From Eledone cirrhosa (taxonomy: Eukaryota): 64,000 nucleotides of DNA. Below, in pieces: positions 12,060 to 25,667 of this stretch (its first letter is position 1; the number at the start of each line of letters is the position of its first letter). The notes under the pieces are model-generated. The model saw nothing but the letters and a program-made list of their open reading frames with translations, did not search any database and was not told where the DNA came from. The stretch covers positions 1 through 64,000 of the forward strand of contig CAXHJY010000165.1 in assembly GCA_964016885.1 (NCBI GenBank), given 5' to 3'. The position numbers and the translations under genes were made by a program.

Positions 12060-13665
12060 TAGTGGTGATGGTGGTAGTAGTAGTAGTAGTGGTGGTGGTG
12101 CTGGTGCTGGTGATAGTTGTGGTGGTGGTAGTTGTAGTGGTGGTGGTAGTTGTAATGGTGGTGGTGGTGGTAGTTGTAGTGGTGGTGGTGGTAGTAGTAG
12201 TAGTAGTTGTAGTGGTGGTGGTGCTGGTGATAGTTGTGGTGGTGGTAGTTGTAGTGGTGGTGGTGGTGGTAGTTGTAGTGGTGGTGGTGGTGGTTGTAGT
12301 GGTGGTGGCGGTGGTGGTAGTTGTAATGGTGGTGGTAGTAGTAGTATTGTGGAGGTCGTTGTTGTTGTAGCGGTGGTGGTAGTAGTGGTGATGATGGTGG
12401 TGGTGGTAGTTGTAGTGATTGTAGTGGTGGTCGTTGTTGTTGTAGTGGTGGTGGTGGTAGTATTAGTGGTGGTGGTGGTGGTAGTTATGGAGGAGTGGAT
12501 ATGGTGGTGGTGGTAGTAGTAGTTGTGGTGGTGGTGGTGGTAGTAGCTGTGGTATTAGTGATGGTATTAGTGATGGTGATTGTGGTGGTGGTTGATATGG
12601 TGGTAGTAGTTGTGGTGGGTGGGTGTGGTGATGCTGGTGGTGGTAGTTGAGGTGGTGATGGTGGTGGTTGTGGTGATGACAGTGGTAGTAGGAGTAGTAG
12701 TACTGTGGTTGTTGTAGTGGTGGTGGTTGTAGTGGTAGTAGTAGTAGCAGTAGTTGTGATGGTGGAGGTGGTAGTGTTTTGGTGGTAGTGTTTTGGTGGT
12801 TGTGGTGTCATCAGCATCACTATTACCATCACCAACAGCTATAGCATCATCATCATCTCCTTCATTATAACAGTCTACATCTCTATCGCCACCATCACCA
12901 TCATAGTCTACACCACCACCACCACCAACACCACCACTACAACCATCACTACTAACCATCACCAACACCGCCACCAACGCCACCACCAACAACAACACCA
13001 TCACTACCACCACTACCACTAACACCACCACCACCACTAACACTGCCAACACCACCACCACCAACACCATCACTACCACCACCACTAACACTGCCAACAC
13101 CACCACCAACACCATCACTACCACCACCATTATCATTGTCTACACCACCACAACCATCAGCACCACCGCCACCAACGCCACCACCAACAACAACACCATC
13201 ACTAACACCACCACCACTAACACCACCACCACCACTAACACTGCCAACACCACCACCACCAACACCATCACTACCACCACCACCACCACTAACACTGCCA
13301 ACACCACCACCAACACCATCACTACCACCACCATTATCATTGTCTACACCACCACAACCATCAGCACCACCACCACCAACACAACAACACCATCACCACC
13401 CCCATCACCACCACCCCCAACACAACAACAACACCATCACCACCACCAACAACACCATCACCACCAACACCACCACCACCACCACCACCAACACCACACA
13501 ACCACCACCACCAACACCACACAACCACCACCACCAACACCACACAACCACCACCAACAACAACACGCAACCACCAACACCACCACCAACACCACACAAC
13601 CACCAACACCACACAACCACCAACACCAACACCACCAACACCACCACCAACAACAACACCATAAT
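12060..13665. repeat. (GGT/AGT)n tract followed by (ACC/AAC)n tract
   Basis: Trinucleotide low-complexity sequence with a strand switch near 12808. Confidence 0.9.
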
Positions 13666-14929
13666 CATCATTAACAGTCATACCTCTTCATTTCATAGTC
13701 TTTATTGAATATTTCAAGTGTTATACATCATTGTTTTTCTCATTTTTCTCATTTTTCATATTTTGCATACATTCCATAACACAAACATTTCATTAATTTA
13801 TTCCTCTCCATCTTGCCTCATTTAGAAGTTTTGTTCACAATTCACAATAGGTGTTGTCATGATTTTCTAAACATATATTTAGACATTTTATATTATTTAT
13901 TATATTTTCAGCATTTTCTGAACACAGCCTGTTCATGGCTTCTAAATTAATACATTGTTATGGTTTCAAACATTTTATAAAACATATACACACATATATG
14001 CATATACACAAATATATATATATCTATATATCTATGTGTGTATGTATACATGTATATATATCTATATATGTGTGTATAGGTATATATGTATATTTTTGGA
14101 AAACACTTGCTCTTTTTTATATACATACCTATATGTATATGTTTATATATAGGAAAATGTTCAAGACCCCGACCACACTTCTTTCGTTATTTATATATAT
14201 ATTTATGTGTATATATATATATGTATATATATATATATAAATGTGTATATATATATATGTGTGTATATATATATATGTATATGTTGTATATGTACATTTA
14301 TATACATATAAATATATATATACACATATATATATGCACACATACATATATATATGCATACATACATATATATATATGCATATATACATATGCTTATATA
14401 TATATATATATATATTTACACACACACATACACATACACACATACACATATATATACATATATACATATGTATATACACATGAGAATACTGGCATCTATG
14501 TTTAAATACAATTTGAATGCTTGTTATTTTTTCTTTATCTTCACTGTTTGACAATAAAAGTATAAGTTTTAAGTTTAGTCTAATTATGTCTGTAGTGTCT
14601 TTGGATTTATTAACTTATTCTTCTTTTTCTTTTTTGGGGGGGATGGCGGCGGGGAGGAGGGGGGGGGGCTAGTTCTTTTCTCAGCAATTTCCAAAATATC
14701 CATAAGAAAGTTTGTCAATATAGTAAAAATTATTCCAGAGAATATTTGACCGAAAGTAGTTATCTATTTCCAATAAAATACCAAAAGCAAGAAATACGAT
14801 GTTTCACTAAGGAATAAAAAATATACACAATAAACGCTAAACGAAAGATAAAAGAACAATATACATATATATATATATATATATATGTATGTATATATAT
14901 ATATGTATGTGTTTGTGTGTGTGTATATA

Positions 14930-14976
<47 letters not shown>

Positions 14977-15763
14977 CATATATATATATGTATGCATATA
15001 TATATATGTATGCATATATATATATATGTATGCATATATATATATATGTATGCATATATGTATATGTATGCATATATGTATATGTATGCATATATATATA
15101 TATGTATGCATATATATATATATATATATGCATAAATATATATATATATATGTATGCATATATGCATATATATGTATGCATATATGTATATATATGTATG
15201 CATATATGTATATATATGTATGCATATGTATTCATATATGTATATATATGTATGATTATATGTATGTATATATATTCATATATGTATGCATATATATGTA
15301 TATATTGTATGCATAAATATACATATATGATGATATATATATATATATGTTTGTGTGTATGTGTATATGTGTGTGTATATATATATATATATAAATTTCA
15401 AGAACATACTGCAATTTTTGGAATGGCGAATTCCATAATACTCATAAAAATAAATACAGGTTGAGACACACAGACATATATATATGTACTATATATATAT
15501 ATATAATATTATAATATGCATGGGTCTTGTATATATATATGCATATATATATATACATATGCATATATATATACATATGCATATATATATATATGCATAT
15601 ATATATATACATAGGCATATATATATATGCATATATATATATACATATGCATATATATATTTATATATATACATATGCATATATATATACATATGCATAT
15701 ATATATACATATGCATATATATATATATACATATGTATATATATATATATATATATATACATA

Positions 15764-15804
<41 letters not shown>

Positions 15805-17071
15805 GCATATATATATATATATACACACACACAAAATATATGTGAAGATGTATTTTTGTATAAACCTCCTCCCAATTTAATCACATTGCATCATGTCTGT
15901 GAATATTTGAAAAATATTGTTTACTTACGCTGAGGTTTGGAAATAAATCAATTCAGTTTATTGTTTATCAGATTAACACAGATTGATTATTGATTTTTGG
16001 AGAAGATATGTTATATGTGCAGAGACATATCATTGCTTTTATTACTCACAACAGACATTCTAGCAAAATTACTTTCAAAAACACAGATTCTTTTCCAATA
16101 TTCCAAGACATATATATATATGAAGAAATTGTCCAATCGAAGTCCTGCTATGATTATACAAATATATCAGTCACATCAGGAACAAAACATCGTTTGTTTC
16201 CTTGCTTCTTTTTTCTATTTGTAGTTTGCATATAGTGAGGGTGTGTGGCTTAGTGGTGAGGCTGTTTATCTGCTCATCCTGGTGCTGCTAGTTTGATTTC
16301 TGGGCCAGAAAATACCTTGTCTCCTTCATCAAGACAATTTATTTTTTATATAGATAAAAAATGAGAATACTCATGGCTAGAACAGCCGCTAAAACAGCTA
16401 AATGCTGTCAAAGACAACCCCAGGGGATAAAGACCAGTAGCCAGTGGCTGTCTTTGGCAGTATTTAGCTGTTTTAACGGCTTTTCTAGCGATCAGTTTTC
16501 TCATTTTTATATATATTGAAATACACTCTCACTTTGTCTCGATTAGAGACAACATTGTTTAACTTTGTTTGTTCCTACAGGTTCTACACTGTATATGTGG
16601 TTTGTGTTAGGAAGGACATCCAGTTGTAAAAATCCCCAGCCAAAATACAGTTCTGTCTGAGCAAGGTATGGTGCAGCCAGCTGGCCTGACTTGTTTCATG
16701 ATGTTGGGCGACCTGTCTAACCCATGCAAGCATGGAAAAATAAATGTTAAACGGTGATGATGATGATGATGGCTTCACTCAGCTGGAGGAAAAAATGATT
16801 TGTACCTGTAATTCAAAGGTTTGGCCTCATCCCACGGAATCTACCTGGGAACAATCCAACTATGGTCTCTATAGCCTTAACAACGCACAATTGGCTAAGC
16901 ATGTGTGTATGTTATGTGTGAGATATACGGCTGGTGTTGTGTGTATGTGTGTGTAATTTTATATATGTTGCTGTGTGTGTGATACATGCTACACACCTCA
17001 CATAACCAAAAGCAAATAAAAATTGAAGGACCACCTTTAACAGGAGTGAGAATACTCTGGACTGGATTGGC

Positions 17072-17120
<49 letters not shown>

Positions 17121-17266
17121 ATATAATTGAATAAAGTGACAGGAGGCTGGGTAGTTTAAATTCCTTTAAAGTTTTTATTTTTGCAGACACTCTATATATT
17201 TCAATGGCCAGTAGAATTCCAGGAATGACCAGTTCTATCCAGTGGTGAACCACCAACTTCTATATA

Positions 17267-17306
<40 letters not shown>

Positions 17307-17311
<5 letters not shown>

Positions 17312-18760
17312 ACAGGTTATGAAAGTGGCAGAAAGGATTTTAGCACAACTAATTAGAGAAAGGGTCAAACTAGATGAGATGCAGTTTGGTTTTGTGCCTG
17401 GGAAGAGTACAACAGATGCCCTCTTCTTGGTGAGACAAATGCAAGAGAGGTTCTTAGAGAAGAATAAGCCACTATACTTGGCCTTTGTTGACCTAGAGAA
17501 GGCCTTTGATAGGGTACCCCGATCTGTCATCTGGTGGTCCCTAAGGAAGCTGGGTGTTGAGGAATGGCTTGTAAGGACAGTGCAAACTTTGTACAGAGGT
17601 ACTCTCAGTAAAGTCAGGGTAGGAATGGAGTTTAGTGAGGAATTCCAGATACAAGTAGGAGTACATCAGGGTTCGGTCCTCAGCCCGCTCTTGTTCATTA
17701 TAGTCCTCCAAGCCATAACAGAGGAGTTTAAGACTGGCTGTCCATGGGAACTTCTCTATGCTGACGATCTGGCTCTTATGGCAGAATCAGTAGAGGAGCT
17801 AGAGAATAAATTCCGGCTATGGAAACAGCAGTTGGAAGCAAGAGGACTGAGAGTAAATCTAGCTAAGACAAAAGTGTTGATGAGTAGAAAAGAGGACAAA
17901 ACCCTGATTCCGTCAGGGAAATGGCCATGTTCGATATGCAGAAAAGGAACTGGCATAAATTCTATAAAATGCACACAATGTAGGTCCTGGGTACACAAGA
18001 GATGTAGCGGGATAGCAGGCAAACTAACAGGTAGGGAGAAATATGTATGCAGTAGATGTACAGGGAAATTAGACAGTAGAAGTCGCACTGATAGACACAT
18101 TTTTCAAATGCGAGAGGGCGCTATAGAAGTGGTGGATAGCTTCCGGTACCTAGGAGATCAGATTAGCATGGGAGGAGGGTGTTCCGAGGCCATAGTATCT
18201 AGAATAAGGACGGGTTGGAAGAAGTTTAGGGAGCTGCTTCCTCTGTTGACGAAGAAGGGTTTCTCCCTGCGTACGAAAGGCCGGTTGTATGATGCCTGTG
18301 TGAGGAGCGCGATGCTGCATGGTAGTGAGACATGGGCAGCTACCGCAGAAGATATGCGACGGCTGGAGAGAAATGAGGCAAGCATGCTCCGTTGGATGTG
18401 CAGTGTAAATGTGCGTGAACGACCCAGCATAAATGTGTTGAGAGAGAAACTGTGTCTGAGAGGGATAGAATGTAGTGTACGGGAGAGGAGACTGAGGTGG
18501 TATGGACATGTGATGCGCATGGAGGATGACCGATGGGTGAAGAAGTGCCAGGAAATGCCAGTTGAAGGAAGACGTAGTAGAGGTAGACCACGAAAAACAT
18601 GGGCGGAGGTGGTGAGAACAGACCTCAGATCATTGAAGCTCACGGTGGAGATGACGAGGGACCGTGACGAGTGGAGAGATGCTGTGCTGAATAAGACCCG
18701 TCCCACCCTTGCAAGCAGGGAAAAGCGGACGTAAAATGATGATGATGATGATGATGATGA
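17307..18760 (+). mobile_element. 5'-truncated RTE-clade LINE
   Basis: RT ORF to 18734 followed directly by a (GAT)n tail; no endonuclease domain; 5' end abuts (TA)n. Confidence 0.92.
17319..18734 (+). CDS. Non-LTR retrotransposon reverse transcriptase (RTE clade), N-terminally truncated
   Basis: Motifs QFGF, AFVDLEKAFDRV, GVHQGSVLSPLLF, LLYADD, FRYLG, HGSETW, RLRWYGHV, RGRPRKTW; uninterrupted 471 aa. Confidence 0.93.
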   Translation: MKVAERILAQLIRERVKLDEMQFGFVPGKSTTDALFLVRQMQERFLEKNKPLYLAFVDLEKAFDRVPRSVIWWSLRKLGVEEWLVRTVQTLYRGTLSKVRVGMEFSEEFQIQVGVHQGSVLSPLLFIIVLQAITEEFKTGCPWELLYADDLALMAESVEELENKFRLWKQQLEARGLRVNLAKTKVLMSRKEDKTLIPSGKWPCSICRKGTGINSIKCTQCRSWVHKRCSGIAGKLTGREKYVCSRCTGKLDSRSRTDRHIFQMREGAIEVVDSFRYLGDQISMGGGCSEAIVSRIRTGWKKFRELLPLLTKKGFSLRTKGRLYDACVRSAMLHGSETWAATAEDMRRLERNEASMLRWMCSVNVRERPSINVLREKLCLRGIECSVRERRLRWYGHVMRMEDDRWVKKCQEMPVEGRRSRGRPRKTWAEVVRTDLRSLKLTVEMTRDRDEWRDAVLNKTRPTLASREKRT

Positions 18761-20261
18761 TAAAGGTGGATGAACTTCTCATTGTCAACAGCCATCCACC
18801 CCAACTATGTGTTAAAAAGCCTCAAAAACTCTTAAATAGCCAAGGTGTGAGTATAGCTACACCACTGACATGACCAAAACCAAATAGAAAGCAGTGGTGG
18901 TCAACCAGGGGGGAGACCCTCCAACAGGAATGAGAAACCCTTGGATTGAATTGGATTGAAGATTATAAGGTATGATCGAGTGTAATGGTATAATGTAGGT
19001 ATTTAATATTAACAGAGAAACTGTGTGTATGTGTTAAATGTGAATAATACTTAGTTATATGCTTGATGGAATACTTAACCTAATATAATATGCATTATTG
19101 TAAAGCAGCGTTATCCTTTGTCATTGGTCTTTTTTTTTTCTTCTCTCCATATGATATATTAATGCAGAGACAGTGCAGTGATTCATATCAGATATACATG
19201 TTAGCATTTGTACCATTAGCGGGCTCATAGGAACCGTAATAACAATCCTTCAATAAATTCTGAGTTCAAAGGTTGTTTTCTCCTTTTACTGCAAGTCATT
19301 AATTATGAAGTCGACTTTTGAAAAACACCACTCCTCCCCTTTTTCCGTTTCTGTGAATGATATATTAAGCAGAATGGCCATTTGATATGACTACACCATA
19401 TAATAAACTGTTATTTGTCAAAGTATTCCAGAATTCAAGGATTTAGCTAATCCTTTCCTTGTTTCATTGATTGTGTAAAAAGAAATGTTGATCTACCCGT
19501 GGCTGTTTGATTATGTTGCGATATATATCATAACAAGTCTATTGGCTCATATAGTGAGAGATTATTGTCGCCATTTTGAATCCCCAAAGTTTGGTTTTGA
19601 AAGGGCATGAGTGTTAGTATTCTAATACTACCAATTATGTGTTTATTTTCTTTCTTTTTTTTTTCTTTATCTATCTGCTAACATTCCAAAGTAGGAAAGA
19701 AACAAGACTTAAACACTTGTTAGCTTGAAGTCTTTTGAATTTTGAGAACAGGTTCTCACCACAGCCATACATGGCTTGAAAATCTGTTCAGTGAAACACA
19801 TGTCCTCAAGTATGGTTTGCTAATTTATTGTGGAACTAACTCTCTCTCTCACTCTCACTCTCTCTCACTCTCTCTCTCTATATATATATATTGGTGTTAG
19901 GAAGGGCATCCAGATGTAGAAAACCTGCCAGATTCAGTCCTATATGAGTAAGACATGGTCACCCGACCAATGTTGCTTCAAGTGGGACAATTCCTGTCCA
20001 GCACATGCTTGCATGGAAGATAAACGTTGAACAATGATGATGATGATACATATATATATCCATATATATATCTTGTGATATAATCTTATAATTGTTTCTA
20101 CATTAAGCACAAGGCCAGCAAATATACCAGTGTATTACTGGTACTTTATTTTATCGACCCCCGTAAATATGTGTTTTAGAAATGACATCAGAAGGTGTCT
20201 GATATAATAAATTCATAATTGTAAATATTTATATATATATATAACAACCACAACAGCACTG

Positions 20262-20301
<40 letters not shown>

Positions 20302-20313
20302 CAGCCCTTTGAA

Positions 20314-20347
<34 letters not shown>

Positions 20348-20388
20348 TTCAAAGGGCTGATATAATAAATATATATATATATATATAT

Positions 20389-20686
20389 GGAAAGTTATAT
20401 TTAAATTGTTGGGTTACAACTAGTAAATATTTATAACTGATATAAAAGCACTCGACAAATATTTGGAGTATATTTACAATATTAAATAAATGGAAACTAT
20501 ATTTATAAAACCATATTTATTTCATTATATATATTTCAGGGATATCATATTAACAATATGCTATGCCTTCCTCAGACAAAATACAATATAAACAATTTTA
20601 TAGATAAATAGATTCGACATACCGTAACAACATCGACTTGTATTTGAAAAGGTTGATTTTATAAATATAGTTTCCATTTATTTAAT

Positions 20687-20692
<6 letters not shown>
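20389..20692 (-). mobile_element. Second copy of the 5778 family with short inverted arm; hammerhead motif 20518-20583
   Basis: Core reads CTGAGGA here versus CTGAAGA at 5935 (variable N7); 20657-20692 is the reverse complement of ~20475-20510; (TA)n flanks. Confidence 0.7.
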
Positions 20693-20722
<30 letters not shown>

Positions 20723-21066
20723 CAAAGGGCTGATATAATTAGTGGTGGGATTAATTTTTGAGAAATACATTTTATTTTCTTCTAATCATAGTAGAAAATC
20801 ATTTCAATTATCCCCAAGGGGACATTGTTGGTAGTACATACATACATATATACAAATACATACATACGTATACATAAACACACACGCACGCACACATGCA
20901 CACATACATGCACACACACACACACACACATGTGTATATATATATATATATATATACATACACAAAAATACATATAGATACATACTCATATACGTAGACA
21001 CAAACACACACTTACACGCACACACACACACACATATCTGTGTATATATATATATATATATATATA

Positions 21067-21143
21067 CAGAGTGTCCAAAAAAATGTGTACATATATTTGT
21101 TAGAATGCTGTTGAAGTGTGTATACATTTTTTGAGACACCCTG
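21067..21143. mobile_element. Tiny Tc1/mariner-like MITE
   Basis: TIR-like ends cagagtgtccaaaaaaatgtgtaca / tgtatacattttttgagacaccctg in a TA context. Confidence 0.55.
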
Positions 21144-21404
21144 TGTATATATATATATGTATATATACACACACATACACACCCATATATAGTAATTTGT
21201 TTATACTTATTTCTGCATTTTTTTAGAAAGGTTTTCAGGGCAGGGTGGGCGAGATGTGGCTTTTGTCTTACTGAATTATCAATTGCGTTTTATTTTTAAT
21301 ATTTTACTATATTGATTATGTTATTGATTTAATAGTTTATCAGTAAACATCAAATTTGGTGTTTTACAAATAATCTTTACCACTGATTAGAAAATTTACA
21401 AAAC

Positions 21405-22180
21405 ACAACAATAATAACATCAACAACACCAACATATCTAACAGCACAACCAACAACAGCAATATGACCAACAACAACATAACTAACAGCACAACCAACA
21501 ACAGCAATATGACTGACAACAACATAACTAACAGCACAACCAACAACAGCAATATGACCAACAACAACATAACAGCACAACCAACAACAGCATTATGACC
21601 GACAACAACATAACTAACAGCAATATGACCGACAACAACATAACTAACAGCACAACCAACAACAGCAATATGACCGACAACAACATAACTAACAGCACAA
21701 TCACCAGCAACAACACAGCTAACAACCAAACCAACAACAACCATAACAACACAACACCAACAACCCACAACAATAACATCAGCATCACCAACAACAAAAG
21801 CAACCACAAAAACATCACAATAACAACAACAACAACAGCAACAACACAACACCAACAATAACATCAGCACCACCAACAACAACAACACCAACAATATCAT
21901 CACCACCACCAACAACACCAACAATAACATCACCACCACCAACAACAACAAAAAGAACTAAAAAAAGTCAACACCAACAACAACATGAATAACAACAACC
22001 ACAACAATATCAGAAATACCAACATGTCTAACAAACATCACCACCAACAACATCAGTAACATCAACTTGAGTAAGACTGCCACCACCAACAACAACAACA
22101 ACCAGCAACAATAGCAACATGACCAACAGCACAACCACCAATAACAACCACAAAAACAACAACACCACTACCTACAATAA
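21405..22180. repeat. (AAC)n-derived minisatellite and low-complexity tract
   Basis: ~45-bp aacagcacaaccaacaacagcaatatgacc..aacataact units decaying into (AAC/ACC)n. Confidence 0.85.
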
Positions 22181-22467
22181 CATAAGGGGTGGTGAGAAGG
22201 AGGAGGATGTTGAATAGAGAGAGGGTTGAGGATGGCAGGAGGATGATTGGGAGTGGGTATGAAGTGAGGTGGGTGGTGGCTGTAGCTGTTGGAATTATTG
22301 TGTCTGGCTGAAGGATTTTTGAGCAATCAATATTTCGCACTCATTGTAATTTTGTGTAGGATATGAATAAGATCAAAAGCCACATGTAGGTTTACAATTG
22401 CCAATCATCAAATGTAGCAATAAATAAATATATAAATAAAATAGATATATAAATAAAATAAATATAT

Positions 22468-22848
22468 GGAGGCACATGGCTTAGTGGTTAGAGCATTGGC
22501 CTTGCAATCGAAAGGTTGTGAGTTCAATTCTCAGACCGGGTGATGTGTTGTTTCCTTGAGCAAGACACTTTATTTCACATTGCTCCAGTTTACTCAGCTG
22601 TAGAAATGAGATGATAGGGACTGGGGTCCATATCATTCCACTGTAGAGTGGTCGTGGAGGTGCCACAGCAAAAAAGCACCCAGCCCACACTGTAAAGTGG
22701 ACGTGTAGGCGCCACGGAAAAAAAGCACCCAGCACTCACTGTAAATGAGGTTGGTGTTAGGAAGGGCATCCAGCTGTAGAAATCAAGCCAGAATCAGTTC
22801 CCGTCCCACCCTTGCAAGCAGGGAAAAGCAGATGTAAAATGAAATGAT
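22468..22848 (+). mobile_element. SINE family A with one extra internal ~50-bp unit
   Basis: Head ggaggcacatggcttagtgg; RTE-type tail. Confidence 0.9.
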
Positions 22849-23378
22849 ATAAATAAAATAAATATATAAATAAAATAAATTTATAAATAAAGTAGATATA
22901 TAAAATAAATATATAAATAAAATAGATATATAAATAAAATTGATACATAAATAATAAAATCTTGTAGTTTGCTTGAAGCCTTGTATATAATATTTAACAT
23001 TGAAAGAGGCAAAATGGACTGTAAGATGAGGTAACGAAAAGTAAAAGTAAGTTACCTGGTAATCTTTGTTTTGTTTTTGTTGTTGTTCTTTTATCTGTCC
23101 AATATTTCGTCACCTTCATCAGGGATTAAGGAACTTTCAGTGGATAATGCTTCAATTTCCTCTCTTTGGGATAAAAGTTTGATTTTGATTAAAAATTTTT
23201 CGATGTTGCTTTCAAGCGTTTTTTTTTAATGTTTTTTTTTTGCTTTCCCCATGAATGACGTCAATTGCCAATATAGTATTTCGCAAAATCAATTTTCATT
23301 TTTGTATGACACGTTTAGTTTGTGTGCCTGTGGGTGTGTCTTTTTATGTCAAGTACTGTATCTATATAAATATATAGA

Positions 23379-23426
<48 letters not shown>

Positions 23427-23617
23427 AGAAAGTGATATATGTCCATATGTAAGATGAAGCCAACGAAAAAGTTAGTTACCTGGTAATCTTTGTTGTTTTT
23501 TTTTTGTTTCTTTCTTTCATCCTAATATTTCAGGACTTGAAAAATTTCCTTCGTCAGACTTTAAGGAACTTTGAAATCTATAAAATAAATAAATAAATAA
23601 ATAAATAAAAACAAATA

Positions 23618-23990
23618 ATAATAATTAGGGAGCAAAGGATCAGTGTTGCATCATATCTATATTTAATCACATATTACATATGTTTCATTGCCGATCAGCT
23701 CGAGGAACAATCGATTATGTTCATTCTTGATTCTTTGTTCCCTAATTATTATCGATACTCAGCTCCCAAATAGCATTGAGTGCTTATCTTGGTATACCTC
23801 TGAACACAATCCAATTGTACAATTACTACAATGACGGAAGTGTGGTAAGGAACCAGGTGGACTACAATGCACCAGAGTACTCAATACTTAGAATAGTAGT
23901 GTGAGTAATAGGAAAAGAGTCATTTCGACGCTAGATCTAGCTGTCAAAATGGCCGTAGCTTCCCCATTGGGGTCCTGACTCTTTTCCTAT
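23618..23990. mobile_element. Two adjacent fold-back/tail elements
   Basis: Inverted repeat aataattagggagcaaaggatca / tgattctttgttccctaattatt followed by a tactca..tgagtgc tail; then a family 2 copy (23835-23990) with an ataggaaaagagtca/tgactcttttcctat hairpin. Confidence 0.5.
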
Positions 23991-24231
23991 ATATATCTAT
24001 ATATATATATATATATAAATTAACATATAAATAAAAATCAGAAATTAAGATTTAAAACTGAAACAAGAAAAAAAAAAACGTCAAAATAATGTGGAAGAAA
24101 AATAAATGATAAAATAACAGATTAAAAAAAATAAAAAGATGAGATAACGAAGGAATGGAATGTAATAATTGTAGGGAATCTGGTCTGGAAAAGATCTGTT
24201 TAATTCATAGAAGCAGGGAAACAATGCATAT

Positions 24232-25352
24232 ATGATGGTGATTGTTGTGGTGATGGTGGTGGTGATAATGATAGTGATGATGGTGATGGAGGTGATTATT
24301 GGTGATGGTAATGATGATGGTGGTGACGGTGGTGGTGGTGTTGATGATGGTGGTGGTGATTATTGGTGATGGTAATGATGATGGTGGTGGTGGTGGTGGA
24401 GGCGGTGATTAGTGGTGATGGTGATTATTGATGGTGGTGATGGTGGTGATGGTGGTGATGGTGGTGGTGATTATTGGTAATGGTAATGATGGTGATGGTA
24501 ATGATGGTGATGGTGGTGGTGATTGCAATGTTGATGATGGTGATGATGATGATGTTGGTGATGGTGTTGATAATTATGATGATAGTGATGGTGGTGCTAA
24601 TGTTGATGATGGGGATGATGATGATGATGATGGGAAGAAAGAAAAAAAAAGAAATTGATAATTATTAACCCCCCCCCCATCTCTCCACCCCCACATTACT
24701 CTATTGGTCTTTATTTTATCAACAATGGAAGGATGAAAGGCAAAGTTGACCATGGAGAGGAGATGGAGACTGTACTTGAAAAGATCTATCCAACCCATAC
24801 AAGCATGGAAAAACAAAAAAAAGACTTAAAAACGTGGACAATGATGATGATGATGATGTCCATGATGTTCATGATGATGATTGTGATAGTGATGGTGGTG
24901 ATGGTGATGGTGTTGGTGTTGGTGATGATGGTGTTGGTGTTGGTGATGATGATGCTGGTGATGGTGATGATGGTGTTGGTGATGATGTTTATGATGATGA
25001 TGGTGATGGTGGTGATGCTGGTGATGGTGATGATGGTGTTGGTGTTGGTGATGATGTTGATGATGATGATTGTGATGGTGATGGTGATGATGGTGGTGAT
25101 GCTGGTGTTGGTGGTGATGTTTATGATGATGATGATGATGATGATGATTGTGATGGTGATGATGGTGGTGATGCTGGTGATGGTGATGATGGTGTTGGTG
25201 ATGGTGATGATGTTTTTGATGTTGATGATGATTTTGATGATTTTGATGGTGATGCTGGTGATGGTGATGATGTTTATGATGATGATGATGATGGTGATGG
25301 TGGTGATGATGTTGGTGTTCATGATGATTATGATGATCATGATGATGATGTT
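24232..25352. repeat. (GAT/GGT)n low-complexity tracts
   Basis: Trinucleotide repeats; source of the poly-M/V/D ORFs. Confidence 0.9.
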
Positions 25353-25667
25353 AATGAAAAAAAAAAGGAAATTGAAGAAAAAAAATCTAATCATTAACAA
25401 TAATAAAATGAAGGAAGGAAGGAAGGAAAGTATGTTATTTCAAGTGAAACATGGAAGAGACGGAAGAAGTGTAGTTGGATGGGTGGAGGTGGTTGGTGTG
25501 GATGGGTAGAGGTGGTTGATGTGGATGGGTGGAGGTGGTTGGTGTTTCCTGAGTCAGTAAAATATATAATCATCAGATTTTTATGTTATTTTGTTGTATG
25601 TTGTGTTGGGAACTCAACTATGTAGAACAAAGGGATTCAGAAAATTAGGAGAATGATGATGATGATA

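Noticed and set aside
12049-13708. Gly/Ser-rich, poly-Val and Pro/Thr-rich ORFs
   Set aside because: Products of (GGT)n/(ACC)n tracts; no splice or domain support.
17756-18706. Minus-strand ORFs overlapping the RT
   Set aside because: Antisense shadows of the LINE coding sequence.
22468-22540. tRNA genes at SINE heads
   Set aside because: A/B boxes continue into SINE bodies; no complete cloverleaf or terminator seen.
24655-25509. Asp/Gly-rich or Met/Val-rich ORFs resembling biomineral proteins
   Set aside because: (GAT/GGT)n expansion adjoining a retroposon tail; no signal peptide or gene context.
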